From Bacteroidales bacterium (GTDB lineage Bacteria > Bacteroidota > Bacteroidia > Bacteroidales > ML635J-15): 64,000 nucleotides of DNA. Where the stretch lies: the NCBI GenBank assembly GCA_045112395.1, contig JBGUHW010000021.1, positions 4,482-68,481 of the forward strand, given 5' to 3'. Position numbers and translations under genes: made by a program. Below, piece after piece: positions 49,166-58,515 of this stretch. The notes below the pieces were generated by a model. It did not search any database and was not told the DNA's origin. It saw nothing but the letters and a program-made list of their open reading frames with translations. The first letter of the stretch is position 1. Each line of letters starts with the position of its first letter.

Positions 49166-49287
49166 TCAGATGTCGTTTTCAGATTGCAAAAGTAAGCAAA
49201 AATAATTTTTAATAATATGATGCTGTTAATTTTAGAGGTTTTGCATCGAAATCTCACTTTCAGGTGTCACTATAAAAAATCGTTTGT

Positions 49288-49295
49288 TATTTTTG
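49288..49295 (+). promoter_or_regulatory. -7 box (TAttTTTG) upstream of the TrmH-family gene
   Basis: TAnnTTTG 34 nt before ATG 49329. Confidence 0.35.
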
Positions 49296-49328
49296 TAACG
49301 AAATTTTTGACATACTATTTTCAACAAT

Positions 49329-50105
49329 ATGAACCAGCAGCTATCGAAGGCAAAAGTCAGCATATTGAACTCGTTGTCAATCAAAAAGTACCGCGAGGAG
49401 CACGGATTGTTCTTGGTCGAGGGCTTCAAGATTATCGAGGAGGTGATCAAGACTGGCATGAAAATAAAAATGCTCGTCGGTTTGTCCGAAAGTCTTGAAA
49501 AAATAGATGCCGATTGCAACCTAAAGTTCGAAACCGACAAACGGACAATGGAGAAACTGTCGAATTTCAATACGGCATCCTCAATAATGGCAGCGGTAGA
49601 AATTCCGCAGAGACAACTGAATATCGAGGACTTGTCTGACTCGCTCACAATGGCAATCGACACCGTACAGGATCCAGGAAACTTCGGTACAATAATCCGC
49701 ATCTGCGACTGGTTTGGAATACGCAACATAGTATGCTCCAAAGGTAGTACCGACCTATACAATCCTAAGGTTGTACAAGCTACAATGGGAGCATTCACGC
49801 GAGTGAACATTTTCTACGAAGACTTACCATCTTTCTTGAGCAACTACCGAAAAATCACTGGATTGGATTGCTTCGGCACTTTCCTCGAGGGTGACAACAT
49901 CTACGCACAGACTTTGCCACAAAACGGACTTATAGTCATGGGCAATGAGGGAAACGGCATTTCGCGCGAGGTGGAAGCAGAAATCACGCGCAAGCTTTTC
50001 ATTCCGCCATTCCATGACAATCATGTGGAATCGCTCAACATTTCGATGGCGGCAGCGATAGTGTGCAATGAGTTTAGAAGGTCATTATCCATTATTAACC
50101 TTTAG
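49329..50105 (+). CDS. TrmH/SpoU-family RNA 2'-O-methyltransferase
   Basis: 258 aa. DPGNFGTIIR, MGNEGNGIS and SLNISMAAAI motifs. Confidence 0.85.
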   Translation: MNQQLSKAKVSILNSLSIKKYREEHGLFLVEGFKIIEEVIKTGMKIKMLVGLSESLEKIDADCNLKFETDKRTMEKLSNFNTASSIMAAVEIPQRQLNIEDLSDSLTMAIDTVQDPGNFGTIIRICDWFGIRNIVCSKGSTDLYNPKVVQATMGAFTRVNIFYEDLPSFLSNYRKITGLDCFGTFLEGDNIYAQTLPQNGLIVMGNEGNGISREVEAEITRKLFIPPFHDNHVESLNISMAAAIVCNEFRRSLSIINL

Positions 50106-50155
50106 CTAGCGTAAGCAATTGTTAATTATCCATTATAAATTATCCATTGTAGATT

Positions 50156-50479
50156 ATGACAATACAAGAATTACAGCAATCGGTTGACACCTGGATTCGC
50201 ACCTACGGAGTACGCTACTTCGATGTGAAGACAAATATGATTGTGCTGACGGAGGAAGTCGGCGAGATGGCACGCGTAATTGCTCGCAAGTACGGCGAGC
50301 AGTCGGCAAAGCCTACCGACAACCTAAACCTAGAGGACGAAATTGCCGATGTTTTGTGGGTGCTTACCTGCATAGCCAATCAAACGGGAATAGACCTCGA
50401 TTCAGCAATGAAAGCCAACTTTGAGAAGAAAACAAATAGAGATAAAACAAGACATATTGATAATCAAAAACTTAAATAA
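50156..50479 (+). CDS. MazG-like nucleotide pyrophosphohydrolase (small form)
   Basis: 107 aa. EEVGEMA ... EDEIADVLWVL EExxE/D motif pair. Confidence 0.8.
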   Translation: MTIQELQQSVDTWIRTYGVRYFDVKTNMIVLTEEVGEMARVIARKYGEQSAKPTDNLNLEDEIADVLWVLTCIANQTGIDLDSAMKANFEKKTNRDKTRHIDNQKLK

Positions 50480-50480
50480 C

Positions 50481-51359
50481 ATGAAAGACAGAAATTACCC
50501 CGGCGCTCCGTCGGAAAAGGAAATCGAAAAAAAGGTAAAGCAGTACAAAAAGAAAATGCAGGAAAACAACAACAAGGAAGTACTGATGCAACTTCTTAAC
50601 TGCGTTGACCTTACGAGCTTAAATGTAAGCGATACCGAATCAAAGATTGCAGAAATGACCGAAAAAGTCAACAAGTTCAAAAAGCACTTCCCAAAATACA
50701 AGAATGTGGCTGCAATTTGCGTTTACCCCGCTATGGTTCCGACAGTTCTCGACTGCCTTGAACTCGAAGATGTTGACATTGCTGCAGTTGGTGCTTGCTT
50801 CCCTGCATCACAGTCCTTCCTTTCTGTAAAGGCGGTAGAATGTGAAATGGCAGTGGAGAAGGGTGCCGACGAAATTGACATTGTAATTTCGGTTGGCAAG
50901 TTCCTCGAAGAAGACTACCAGACAGTTTCGGACGAAATACTCACAATCCGCCACGCAATTGGTGATGCGTTCTTGAAGGTTATTCTTGAGACAGGCGAAC
51001 TCAAGACTCCCGACAATATTTACATTGCAAGCATCATAGCAATGGAATCGGGCGCCGACTTCATAAAGACCTCGACTGGCAAAACCGCAGTTTCGGCAAC
51101 TCCAGAAGCCGTTTATGTAATGTGCTGTGCAATACGCGACTACTACAAGCAAACAGGTGAAATGGTAGGGTTGAAGCCTGCTGGTGGAATCTCAACTACC
51201 GAAGATGCATTGCTTTATTACACAATTGTAAAGGAAGTTCTCGGTGAAGAATGGCTCAGCAACGACTTCTTCCGTCTCGGTGCATCGCGCCTTGCAAATG
51301 CATTGCTTACTGACATCAGCAAGTTCGATGGTAAGAAAAAAGAGATAAAGTACTTCTAA
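50481..51359 (+). CDS. deoC: Deoxyribose-phosphate aldolase (long form)
   Basis: Start at ATG 50481, 1 nt after the MazG-like stop. DLTSL, ...FIKTSTGK (Schiff-base Lys context) and GGIST motifs. Confidence 0.85.
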   Translation: MKDRNYPGAPSEKEIEKKVKQYKKKMQENNNKEVLMQLLNCVDLTSLNVSDTESKIAEMTEKVNKFKKHFPKYKNVAAICVYPAMVPTVLDCLELEDVDIAAVGACFPASQSFLSVKAVECEMAVEKGADEIDIVISVGKFLEEDYQTVSDEILTIRHAIGDAFLKVILETGELKTPDNIYIASIIAMESGADFIKTSTGKTAVSATPEAVYVMCCAIRDYYKQTGEMVGLKPAGGISTTEDALLYYTIVKEVLGEEWLSNDFFRLGASRLANALLTDISKFDGKKKEIKYF

Positions 51360-51377
51360 AAAAGAACTTGCTAAACG

Positions 51378-51534
51378 GTCATTCCGCAAAGTAGAACGAA
51401 CAGCATAAGGAACATTGCTTGTGAGTTCACTTATACGGAATCTCCTTTTGTGTACTAATGAGAGATTCCGCATAGTCGAACAATACAACGCTCCTCGTAC
51501 CGTATCGCGTGTATGTTCTGACTTGTGGAATGAC
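51378..51534 (-). repeat. Structured ~160-bp repeat element, copy B (inverted relative to copy A)
   Basis: Reverse complement aligns to 20590-20750. Same inverted termini (gtcattccgcaaag / cttgtggaatgac). Confidence 0.8.
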
Positions 51535-51554
51535 TGGGAAAAACAATATTCGCA

Positions 51555-51815
51555 ATGAAAAAGCATTATCACCTATATAACGAAACGCTTCCCATCGAAG
51601 CCGACATCGACGACCTGAAGGATTTGCTGGCAAAGAAAAAACAACTGCTTGAAAACTATCAGGAAATCACTTGCGATTTAGAAGACGAAATGTACATTTC
51701 GCGAGGAAATGGTTTTTGTACTACAAAGTGGGCACCAGATGTCATTGAGGATAAAATTGAGGAACTTACACGGCAGATTGCAGAAATAGAAGGATGGATA
51801 GAATTGCACATGTAG
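51555..51815 (+). CDS. Hypothetical 86-aa acidic coiled-coil-like protein (uncertain gene)
   Basis: ORF only. Starts 20 nt after repeat copy B. Its stop codon lies in the 5' arm of a 12-bp hairpin. Confidence 0.35.
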   Translation: MKKHYHLYNETLPIEADIDDLKDLLAKKKQLLENYQEITCDLEDEMYISRGNGFCTTKWAPDVIEDKIEELTRQIAEIEGWIELHM

Positions 51816-51931
51816 GGGCAGGTTTTAAACCAATCCCTACATGCGCAATCTCAAAAACGATTTTTTGCAATCCTGTGAACTGCAAATTAGAATCCCATGC
51901 AAAAAAGTTTTGCCATTTAAGAAAATTGGTG

Positions 51932-51939
51932 TAATTTTG
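51932..51939 (+). promoter_or_regulatory. -7 box (TAatTTTG) upstream of rimP-nusA-infB
   Basis: TAnnTTTG 54 nt before the rimP start. Confidence 0.4.
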
Positions 51940-51955
51940 TGCGGTTTTAGAACGG

Positions 51956-51986
51956 ACAGGGGGAGGATTTCCCCCGTTTTATTTTT
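51956..51986 (+). terminator. Promoter-proximal intrinsic terminator/attenuator in the rimP-nusA-infB leader
   Basis: acaggggga/ttcccccgt stem (one mismatch), 4-nt loop, then TTTATTTTT. Ends 7 nt before the rimP TTG start. Confidence 0.6.
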
Positions 51987-51992
51987 CTGACA

Positions 51993-52451
51993 TTGATAAG
52001 GAAGGAAGATATAGAAGTTTTAAGCAAACGGTTTCTTTCTGAAACACAGTTTGTTGTGGATATTACTATAAGTGTATCCAACGATATTGCCGTATATGTG
52101 GATGACATGAACGGAATCACAATCGATGAGTGCCGTCGCATAAGTCAGGCAATAGAGGAATGCCTCGACCGCGAAAAAGAGGACTTTTCTCTCGAGGTTA
52201 GTTCGCCTGGATTGACAAATCCTTTCCGTGTGAAGGAGCAGTACCTGAAGAATATTGGCAAACTGGTGGAAATCGTTTATGTTGACGGTGAAAAAATTAT
52301 CGCAACGCTTAAAGCCGTGTCCGACAATACCATTACCGTTGAGACTGCCACTCCTAAAAAAGAAGGGAACAAAAAGGTGGTCGTGACGGAAGTTTTTGAT
52401 ATAGAAAGAATTAATATAAAAACAGTTAAAAGCGTAATTGACTTTAAATAA
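51993..52451 (+). CDS. rimP: Ribosome maturation factor RimP
   Basis: 152 aa. ...VYVDDMNGITIDECRRISQAIEECLD...LEVSSPGL motif. TTG start. Directly upstream of nusA. Confidence 0.85.
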   Translation: MIRKEDIEVLSKRFLSETQFVVDITISVSNDIAVYVDDMNGITIDECRRISQAIEECLDREKEDFSLEVSSPGLTNPFRVKEQYLKNIGKLVEIVYVDGEKIIATLKAVSDNTITVETATPKKEGNKKVVVTEVFDIERINIKTVKSVIDFK

Positions 52452-52459
52452 CGAAAGCC

Positions 52460-53707
52460 ATGGGAGTACAGGAAAACTTAATTGACACCTTTGCCGAATT
52501 TAAAGAACTGAAGAACATCGACAGATCGACTTTGATTGGCGTAATGAAGGAAGTTTTTTCTTCGACACTTGTAAAATTGTATGGTGAAGACAGCAAGTTC
52601 AATGTGATTGTCAACGACAAGACAGGTGACCTTGAAATATGGCGTACAAGAACTGTAGTTGAAGATGACGACTACGATGAAATAGAAGACAAGTACACGA
52701 AGATTCCTCTGACAGAAGCGCAGAAAATCGACGAGGACTACGAAGTAGGCGAGGAATATTCTGACGAAATCCGTTTGCAGGATTTTGGTCGCCGTGCCAT
52801 ACTTGCATTGAAGCAGAACCTTCAGGCAAAGATTATGGAACGTGAAAAGGACAACATCTACCTCAAGTACAAAGATAGGATAGGCGAACTTATCACCGCT
52901 GAAGTTTATCAGGTTTGGAAGCGCGAGATCCTTGTTCGCGACGAAGAGGGAACAGAACTTCTCCTCTCGAAGCAGGACCAGATTCCTAGCGACAAGTACC
53001 GCAAGGGCGACACGCTCAAGGCTGTAATTTCGAGCGTAGAACTTAGAAACGGAAGCCCAATTATCAAGATTTCAAGAACATCTGAAAAGTTCCTCGAAAG
53101 ATTGTTCGAGCAAGAAATCCCCGAAATTGGTGATTCTGGACTTATCACAATCAAGAAAATTGTTCGTATACCTGGTGAAAGAGCTAAGGTTGCCGTTGAA
53201 TCTTATGACGAACGCGTCGACCCAGTTGGAGCATGCGTAGGTATGAAAGGTAGCCGTATCCACGGTATTGTCCGCGAACTGCACAACGAAAATATTGATA
53301 TTGTAAACTATACCACAAACTTGCCACTGTACATTCAGCGTATACTTAGTCCGGCAAAGATTTCATCGTTGAAGATAATCAACGAGGAAAAGCGTGTGGA
53401 AGTTTACTTGAATCCAGATCAGGTATCGCTTGCAATAGGTAAGGGCGGTCTTAACATTAAGCTCGCATGCCAGCTACTCGGATACACAATCGATGTATTC
53501 AGGGTTTCGCAGGAAGAGGATATTGACCTCGACGAATTCAACGACGAAATCGAACAGTGGGTAATCGATCAGCTTAAGGCTGTTGGTTGCGATACCGCAT
53601 TGAGCGTACTCGAACTCAGCAAGGAAGAACTTGCACGTCGTACCGACCTTGAGGACGAGACTATTGACGACGTAATAAGGATTCTGAAAGCCGAATTTAA
53701 CAAGTAG
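52460..53707 (+). CDS. nusA: Transcription termination/antitermination factor NusA
   Basis: 415 aa with S1 and two KH regions (ACVGMKGSRI, AIGKGGLNIKLA). Confidence 0.95.
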   Translation: MGVQENLIDTFAEFKELKNIDRSTLIGVMKEVFSSTLVKLYGEDSKFNVIVNDKTGDLEIWRTRTVVEDDDYDEIEDKYTKIPLTEAQKIDEDYEVGEEYSDEIRLQDFGRRAILALKQNLQAKIMEREKDNIYLKYKDRIGELITAEVYQVWKREILVRDEEGTELLLSKQDQIPSDKYRKGDTLKAVISSVELRNGSPIIKISRTSEKFLERLFEQEIPEIGDSGLITIKKIVRIPGERAKVAVESYDERVDPVGACVGMKGSRIHGIVRELHNENIDIVNYTTNLPLYIQRILSPAKISSLKIINEEKRVEVYLNPDQVSLAIGKGGLNIKLACQLLGYTIDVFRVSQEEDIDLDEFNDEIEQWVIDQLKAVGCDTALSVLELSKEELARRTDLEDETIDDVIRILKAEFNK

Positions 53708-53748
53708 AACGCGCAAAAAGAAAGAAACAGGTAATTTAGGAGAAAAAT

Positions 53749-56670
53749 ATGACTTCGGAAACGAAACCAAAAAGATTAAGTGCCGTAGGTGCCATTTACA
53801 ATGTGGCCGCATCGACTATTGTGGAATATCTTGTCAGCAAGGGTGTAGAAATAGAAAACAACCCTAATGCCAAGGTACAGCCCGAATGGTTGGCTCTGCT
53901 CGACGAAAAGTTCAAGGATTCGAAAGCCATGAACGAAACCGCCATCAAGGATACCGAGAAGGCAAAGGAGAACAAGGAGCTGAACATTTCAATCGAAAAG
54001 CAGCAGAACCTTGAGAAGCAGAAACAGGAAGCCGACAAGGCCAAGGAAGCAAAGGAAAAAGAACGTCTCCAAAAGGAGGCTGAGACTGCTAAGCCACAGG
54101 AAAAGCCTGCAGAGAAGGTGTCGGCAAAGGATGAAGCCGAGGTCGCTCCAAAGCCTAAGCCACACGAAATCCAGCCATTAAAGGAGGAAGTCGTGACCGA
54201 TGAAAACGGACCGAAGGTTCTCGGTACTATAAACCTCGACCAGATAAACCAGAAAACTCGTCCGAAACCAAAGACACAGGCCGAGAAGGAAGAGGAAAGA
54301 AAGCAGAAGAAAGAGGCTGCAAAGGAAGCCCAGAAGCAAGCAAAGAAGGCTTCTGCTAAACCTGCTCCAAAAGAAACTCCAGTACCTGCTCCTAAGCCTG
54401 TTAAACAGGAGAAAGCTCCCGAAGTAGAACCCGAAAAGATTGTTCCGCCAGAGCCAGAGTTCATAAAAACTCATGTGGAAAAATTGCAAGGACCTAACAT
54501 TATCGGCAAAATCGACATAAGCGAATACGAGCGTAAGCAGGAAGCTGCTGAAAGGGCTCGCAAGGAAGCTAAGGAAGAACGCCAAAAGAATCGCGAAAAA
54601 GAAAAGGCAGAGCGTAAGGAAAAGCGTAAACGTATTAAACGCGATAATGTTAAGGTTGATATAAACAAAGTTGGAGGCTCAAACGACTTCTCGAAGAAGG
54701 GAGAAAAAGGTGGCGAATTCGGTGGAAAGAAGAAGAAAGGCAAATTAGGTCCTAAGAAGCCTGAAATCAACGAGGAAGACATACAGGAAAAAGTAAAGGA
54801 AACCCTTGCAAAGCTTACCGCAAACAAGAACAAGTCGAAAGCTGCTAAGTTCCGTAAGGAAAAACGCGATATGTTCTCTATGCGTCGTGCTGAGGAAGAG
54901 GAAAGACTCGAAGCCGAAAAGAAAATCATAAAGGTTACCGAATTCGTTTCGGCAAACGAACTTGCAACGATGATGGGCGTTCCTGTAACCAAGATCATCG
55001 CAACTTGTATGAGTTTGGGCTTGTTCGTTTCTATCAACCAGCGTCTCGATGCCGAAACAATGTCGATTGTGGCTGAGGAATTTGGTTTCCAGGTTGAATT
55101 TGTCAGCGCCGAAATCCTCGACGAAATCAAGGAGAGCGAAGACAGCGAGGAAGACCTTGTTCCACGTCCACCTATCGTTACCGTCATGGGTCATGTCGAC
55201 CATGGTAAGACCAAGTTGCTCGACTACATCCGTCATACCAATGTTGTAGCAGGCGAAGCCGGTGGTATCACACAGCACATCGGTGCATACAGCGTACAGC
55301 TGAACGACAAGAGGATAACCTTCCTCGATACTCCTGGTCACGAGGCATTTACCGCAATGCGTGCCCGTGGTGCTCAGATTACCGATGTTGCAATCATCGT
55401 AATCGCTGCCGACGACGACATAATGCCGCAGACCAAGGAAGCTATCAACCACGCATCAGCAGCAAACGTTCCTATCGTATTTGCTATCAACAAGATAGAT
55501 AAGCCAACCGCTAATCCCGACAAAATCAAGGAATCGTTGGCAAATATGAACTACCTCGTTGAGGAATGGGGCGGTAAATACCAGTCGCAGGATATTTCGG
55601 CAAAGGCAGGTCTCAACATCGAGGAATTGCTTGAGAAGGTTCTTCTCGAAGCCGAAATGCTTGATTTGAAGGCAAATCCAAACAAGAATGCCAATGGTAC
55701 AGTAATCGAATCCTCACTCGATAAGGGTCGTGGTTATGTTGCAACACTCATCGTTCAGTCGGGAACCTTGCATGTTGGTGACATTCTGCTTGCAGGATGT
55801 GCAACAGGACGTGTAAAGGCTATGTACAACGAGCGCAACCAGAAGGTTACCGAAGCTGGCCCATCAACTCCAGTTCTTGTGCTTGGTTTGAACGGAGCTC
55901 CGCAGGCAGGCGACAAGTTCAATGTCCTTGATTCGGAACAGGAAGCTCGTAGCCTTGCTAACAAGCGTTTGCAGTTGCAGCGTGAGTTGAGCATCAGGAC
56001 GCAGAAGCATATTACTCTCGGCGAAATTGGTCGTCGTATGGCTCTCGGCGATTTCCACCAGATAAATATCATCGTAAAGGGCGATGTGGACGGTTCAATC
56101 GAAGCATTGTCGGACGAATTGATAAAACTCTCAACCGAATCGTTCGAAGTAAACATCATACACAAGGCTGTCGGTCAGATTTCCGAATCGGATGTCATGC
56201 TGGCTGCTGCATCAAATGCAATCATCGTAGGTTTCCAGGTTCGTCCATCTACCTACGCACGCAAGACCGCCGAGAAGGAAGGCATCGAAATCCGCCTCTA
56301 CTCCATCATCTACGATGCTATCAACGAAATCAAGGACGCTATGGAAGGTATGTTGAAGCCGGTTGTAAAGGAAACAATCACCGGTTCGGCCGAAATACGC
56401 GAAGTATTCAAGATTTCGAAGGTTGGTTCGGTTGCTGGATGTCTCGTTACCGATGGCAAGATTTCACGCAAGTCGAAAGTCAGAATTATCCGCGATGGTA
56501 TCGTCATCTACACTGGCGAACTCGGCAGCTTGAAGCGTTTCAAAGACGATGCCAAGGAAGTTATTGCCGGTCAGGAATGCGGTCTTAACATCGACAAGTT
56601 CAACGACATTAAGGTCGGCGATATTGTTGAGGCATTCGACGAAACCGAAGTAAAGGCAACATTGGGATAA
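53749..56670 (+). CDS. infB: Translation initiation factor IF-2
   Basis: 973 aa. Lys/Glu/Pro-rich N-terminus. GTPase motifs [13 protein letters not shown] and NKID. Confidence 0.95.
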   Translation: MTSETKPKRLSAVGAIYNVAASTIVEYLVSKGVEIENNPNAKVQPEWLALLDEKFKDSKAMNETAIKDTEKAKENKELNISIEKQQNLEKQKQEADKAKEAKEKERLQKEAETAKPQEKPAEKVSAKDEAEVAPKPKPHEIQPLKEEVVTDENGPKVLGTINLDQINQKTRPKPKTQAEKEEERKQKKEAAKEAQKQAKKASAKPAPKETPVPAPKPVKQEKAPEVEPEKIVPPEPEFIKTHVEKLQGPNIIGKIDISEYERKQEAAERARKEAKEERQKNREKEKAERKEKRKRIKRDNVKVDINKVGGSNDFSKKGEKGGEFGGKKKKGKLGPKKPEINEEDIQEKVKETLAKLTANKNKSKAAKFRKEKRDMFSMRRAEEEERLEAEKKIIKVTEFVSANELATMMGVPVTKIIATCMSLGLFVSINQRLDAETMSIVAEEFGFQVEFVSAEILDEIKESEDSEEDLVPRPPIVTVMGHVDHGKTKLLDYIRHTNVVAGEAGGITQHIGAYSVQLNDKRITFLDTPGHEAFTAMRARGAQITDVAIIVIAADDDIMPQTKEAINHASAANVPIVFAINKIDKPTANPDKIKESLANMNYLVEEWGGKYQSQDISAKAGLNIEELLEKVLLEAEMLDLKANPNKNANGTVIESSLDKGRGYVATLIVQSGTLHVGDILLAGCATGRVKAMYNERNQKVTEAGPSTPVLVLGLNGAPQAGDKFNVLDSEQEARSLANKRLQLQRELSIRTQKHITLGEIGRRMALGDFHQINIIVKGDVDGSIEALSDELIKLSTESFEVNIIHKAVGQISESDVMLAAASNAIIVGFQVRPSTYARKTAEKEGIEIRLYSIIYDAINEIKDAMEGMLKPVVKETITGSAEIREVFKISKVGSVAGCLVTDGKISRKSKVRIIRDGIVIYTGELGSLKRFKDDAKEVIAGQECGLNIDKFNDIKVGDIVEAFDETEVKATLG

Positions 56671-56676
56671 AAGCAA

Positions 56677-57696
56677 ATGTTTAAAATCGGTAAGACCGAA
56701 TTTAACGACAGGCCTGTATTCCTCGCACCTATGGAGGATGTTACAGACCCGTCGTTTCGTTATATGTGCAAGAAATTCGGTGCCGACCTAATGTTCACCG
56801 AGTTCATCTCTGCCGACGGACTAATCCGCGAAGCACAAAAGACAGTAAAAAAACTCGACATTTACGACTACGAGCGACCCGTAGGCACTCAAATCTATGG
56901 TCATATTCCCGATGCCATGGAAGAAGCCGCCCGCTATATCAACAATGCCGACCCCGACATATTGGACATAAATTATGGTTGTCCTGTAAAGAAGATTGCC
57001 GGGCGCGGTGCAGGTTCGGGAATGATGCGTAACTTGCCGTTGATGAAAGAGATAACCGAAAGGGTTGTAAAGGTGTCGCGCTTTCCTGTTACCGCCAAAA
57101 CCCGTCTAGGATGGGATAGCGAATCGCTCAACGTTGAGGAAGTCGCATTGATGCTACAGGATTGTGGAATACAGGCACTTACCATACATGGACGTACACG
57201 CGCACAAATGTACAAGGGTGAGGCCGACTGGACGCTCATCGGCAAGGTCAAGAACAATCCAGCAATACACATTCCAATCATTGGCAACGGCGACATTACA
57301 AGTGGTAAAATTGCAGCCGAACGGTTTAACACATACGGCGTTGATGCAATAATGATAGGTCGTGCCGCTATTGGTCGTCCATGGATTTTCCGCGAAGTGA
57401 AGCATTATCTGGAAACAGGCGAAGAATTGCCAACTCCGACCGTTCTCGAGCGCGTTGACTATGCCCGCGAGCATTTGCACAAGTCGGTGGACTACAAGGA
57501 AGGAATGCGTGGAATTTACGAGATGCGCCGTCATTTCACAATGTACTTCAAGGCGATTCCCAATTTCAAGGAAACAAGGCTTAAACTTCTCACTGCCAAT
57601 ACTGTAGAGGAAATAGAATCCATTCTCGACCTCATTGCCGACAAGTTTGGCAATGTTGAAATCAACAAGGATTTGGCAAATGTGGGATTATATTGA
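56677..57696 (+). CDS. dusB: tRNA-dihydrouridine synthase
   Basis: 339 aa. LAPMEDVTD, INYGCP (catalytic Cys) and HGRTR motifs. Confidence 0.9.
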   Translation: MFKIGKTEFNDRPVFLAPMEDVTDPSFRYMCKKFGADLMFTEFISADGLIREAQKTVKKLDIYDYERPVGTQIYGHIPDAMEEAARYINNADPDILDINYGCPVKKIAGRGAGSGMMRNLPLMKEITERVVKVSRFPVTAKTRLGWDSESLNVEEVALMLQDCGIQALTIHGRTRAQMYKGEADWTLIGKVKNNPAIHIPIIGNGDITSGKIAAERFNTYGVDAIMIGRAAIGRPWIFREVKHYLETGEELPTPTVLERVDYAREHLHKSVDYKEGMRGIYEMRRHFTMYFKAIPNFKETRLKLLTANTVEEIESILDLIADKFGNVEINKDLANVGLY

Positions 57697-57736
57697 TTTT
57701 TTGAATCCTTTAACCTTTGTTTTTGAAAAACTGTGT

Positions 57737-57744
57737 TATTTTTG
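57737..57744 (+). promoter_or_regulatory. -7 box (TAttTTTG) upstream of the CW-repeat protein gene
   Basis: TAnnTTTG 28 nt before ATG 57772. Confidence 0.35.
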
Positions 57745-57771
57745 CATTCTAAATTATTAATAACAAATAAT

Positions 57772-58455
57772 ATGAAGAAATTTCTCACAATTATGCTCTG
57801 CCTTGCACTTGTGGCTATGGCTGGCAATGTATTCGGACAGGTAAAACCAGGCAAAAAGCCTTTGCAGACAAGGGCTGCATCACAAATTAAGACACCTGCT
57901 AATGTTCAGACTATTAATACTAATAATAACAAGGAAGCTTGCTGGGAAATAATAGGTCCTAATGGTTATAGAGAGTATTATTGGGACACTGAAGCTGGTG
58001 CTCAGCAGTGGATCAATGAAAAGAAAAGCAAGGATAACGCAGTTTATGAATATGCATTATGCGACCACATGACTATTGAGGCTTGTGATGCTAGCAACGA
58101 AAAAATAAATCCAAAAAAATGCTGGAAAATAACGGCAACAAAGAATGGCCAGACTATTGAGCAGTACCTTTGGGTAACAGAGATTGTTGCAAGGCGCAAG
58201 GCTTTAGCCATGAAAAAGGAAGGCTATCAAAATGCAAATTATGTTCAAACTCCTGCCAACGATGAAAAGTCATGCTTACAGTCGGCAAATAATTCTAATG
58301 AACCCAATTGCTGGAAGATTACAATAGGCGAGGAGGTATCATATCTTTGGGGCTACGAACAGGATGCCCAGGCAACTGTAAATGCAGCACGGAACTCAGG
58401 AAAAACGGCATCGTACGAGTTGACGCCTAACAAGACAAAAGAAACTTGCCGTTAA
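57772..58455 (+). CDS. Hypothetical secreted protein made of three Cys-bounded CW(E/K)I repeats
   Basis: Signal peptide from the internal ATG 57772. Three ~45-60-aa repeats CW[EK]I..(Y)[YL]W..E...A......Y....C. Confidence 0.6.
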   Translation: MKKFLTIMLCLALVAMAGNVFGQVKPGKKPLQTRAASQIKTPANVQTINTNNNKEACWEIIGPNGYREYYWDTEAGAQQWINEKKSKDNAVYEYALCDHMTIEACDASNEKINPKKCWKITATKNGQTIEQYLWVTEIVARRKALAMKKEGYQNANYVQTPANDEKSCLQSANNSNEPNCWKITIGEEVSYLWGYEQDAQATVNAARNSGKTASYELTPNKTKETCR

Positions 58456-58463
58456 AAAATATC

Positions 58464-58487
58464 AAGGTGGTGAAAGCCACCTTTTTT
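58464..58487 (+). terminator. Intrinsic terminator after the CW-repeat gene
   Basis: aaggtgg/ccacctt stem plus T6. Its position argues for the rlmN start at 58516. Confidence 0.85.
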
Positions 58488-58515
58488 GTTTAGAAGCATT
58501 ATCGGATTGGAAGAA

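Noticed and set aside
53796-55452. Three long minus-strand ORFs (222, 238 and 235 aa) inside infB
   Set aside because: They are antisense translations of the Lys/Glu/Pro-rich IF-2 N-terminal region, which gives Phe/Ser/Leu-rich stop-free frames. infB on the plus strand is unambiguous.
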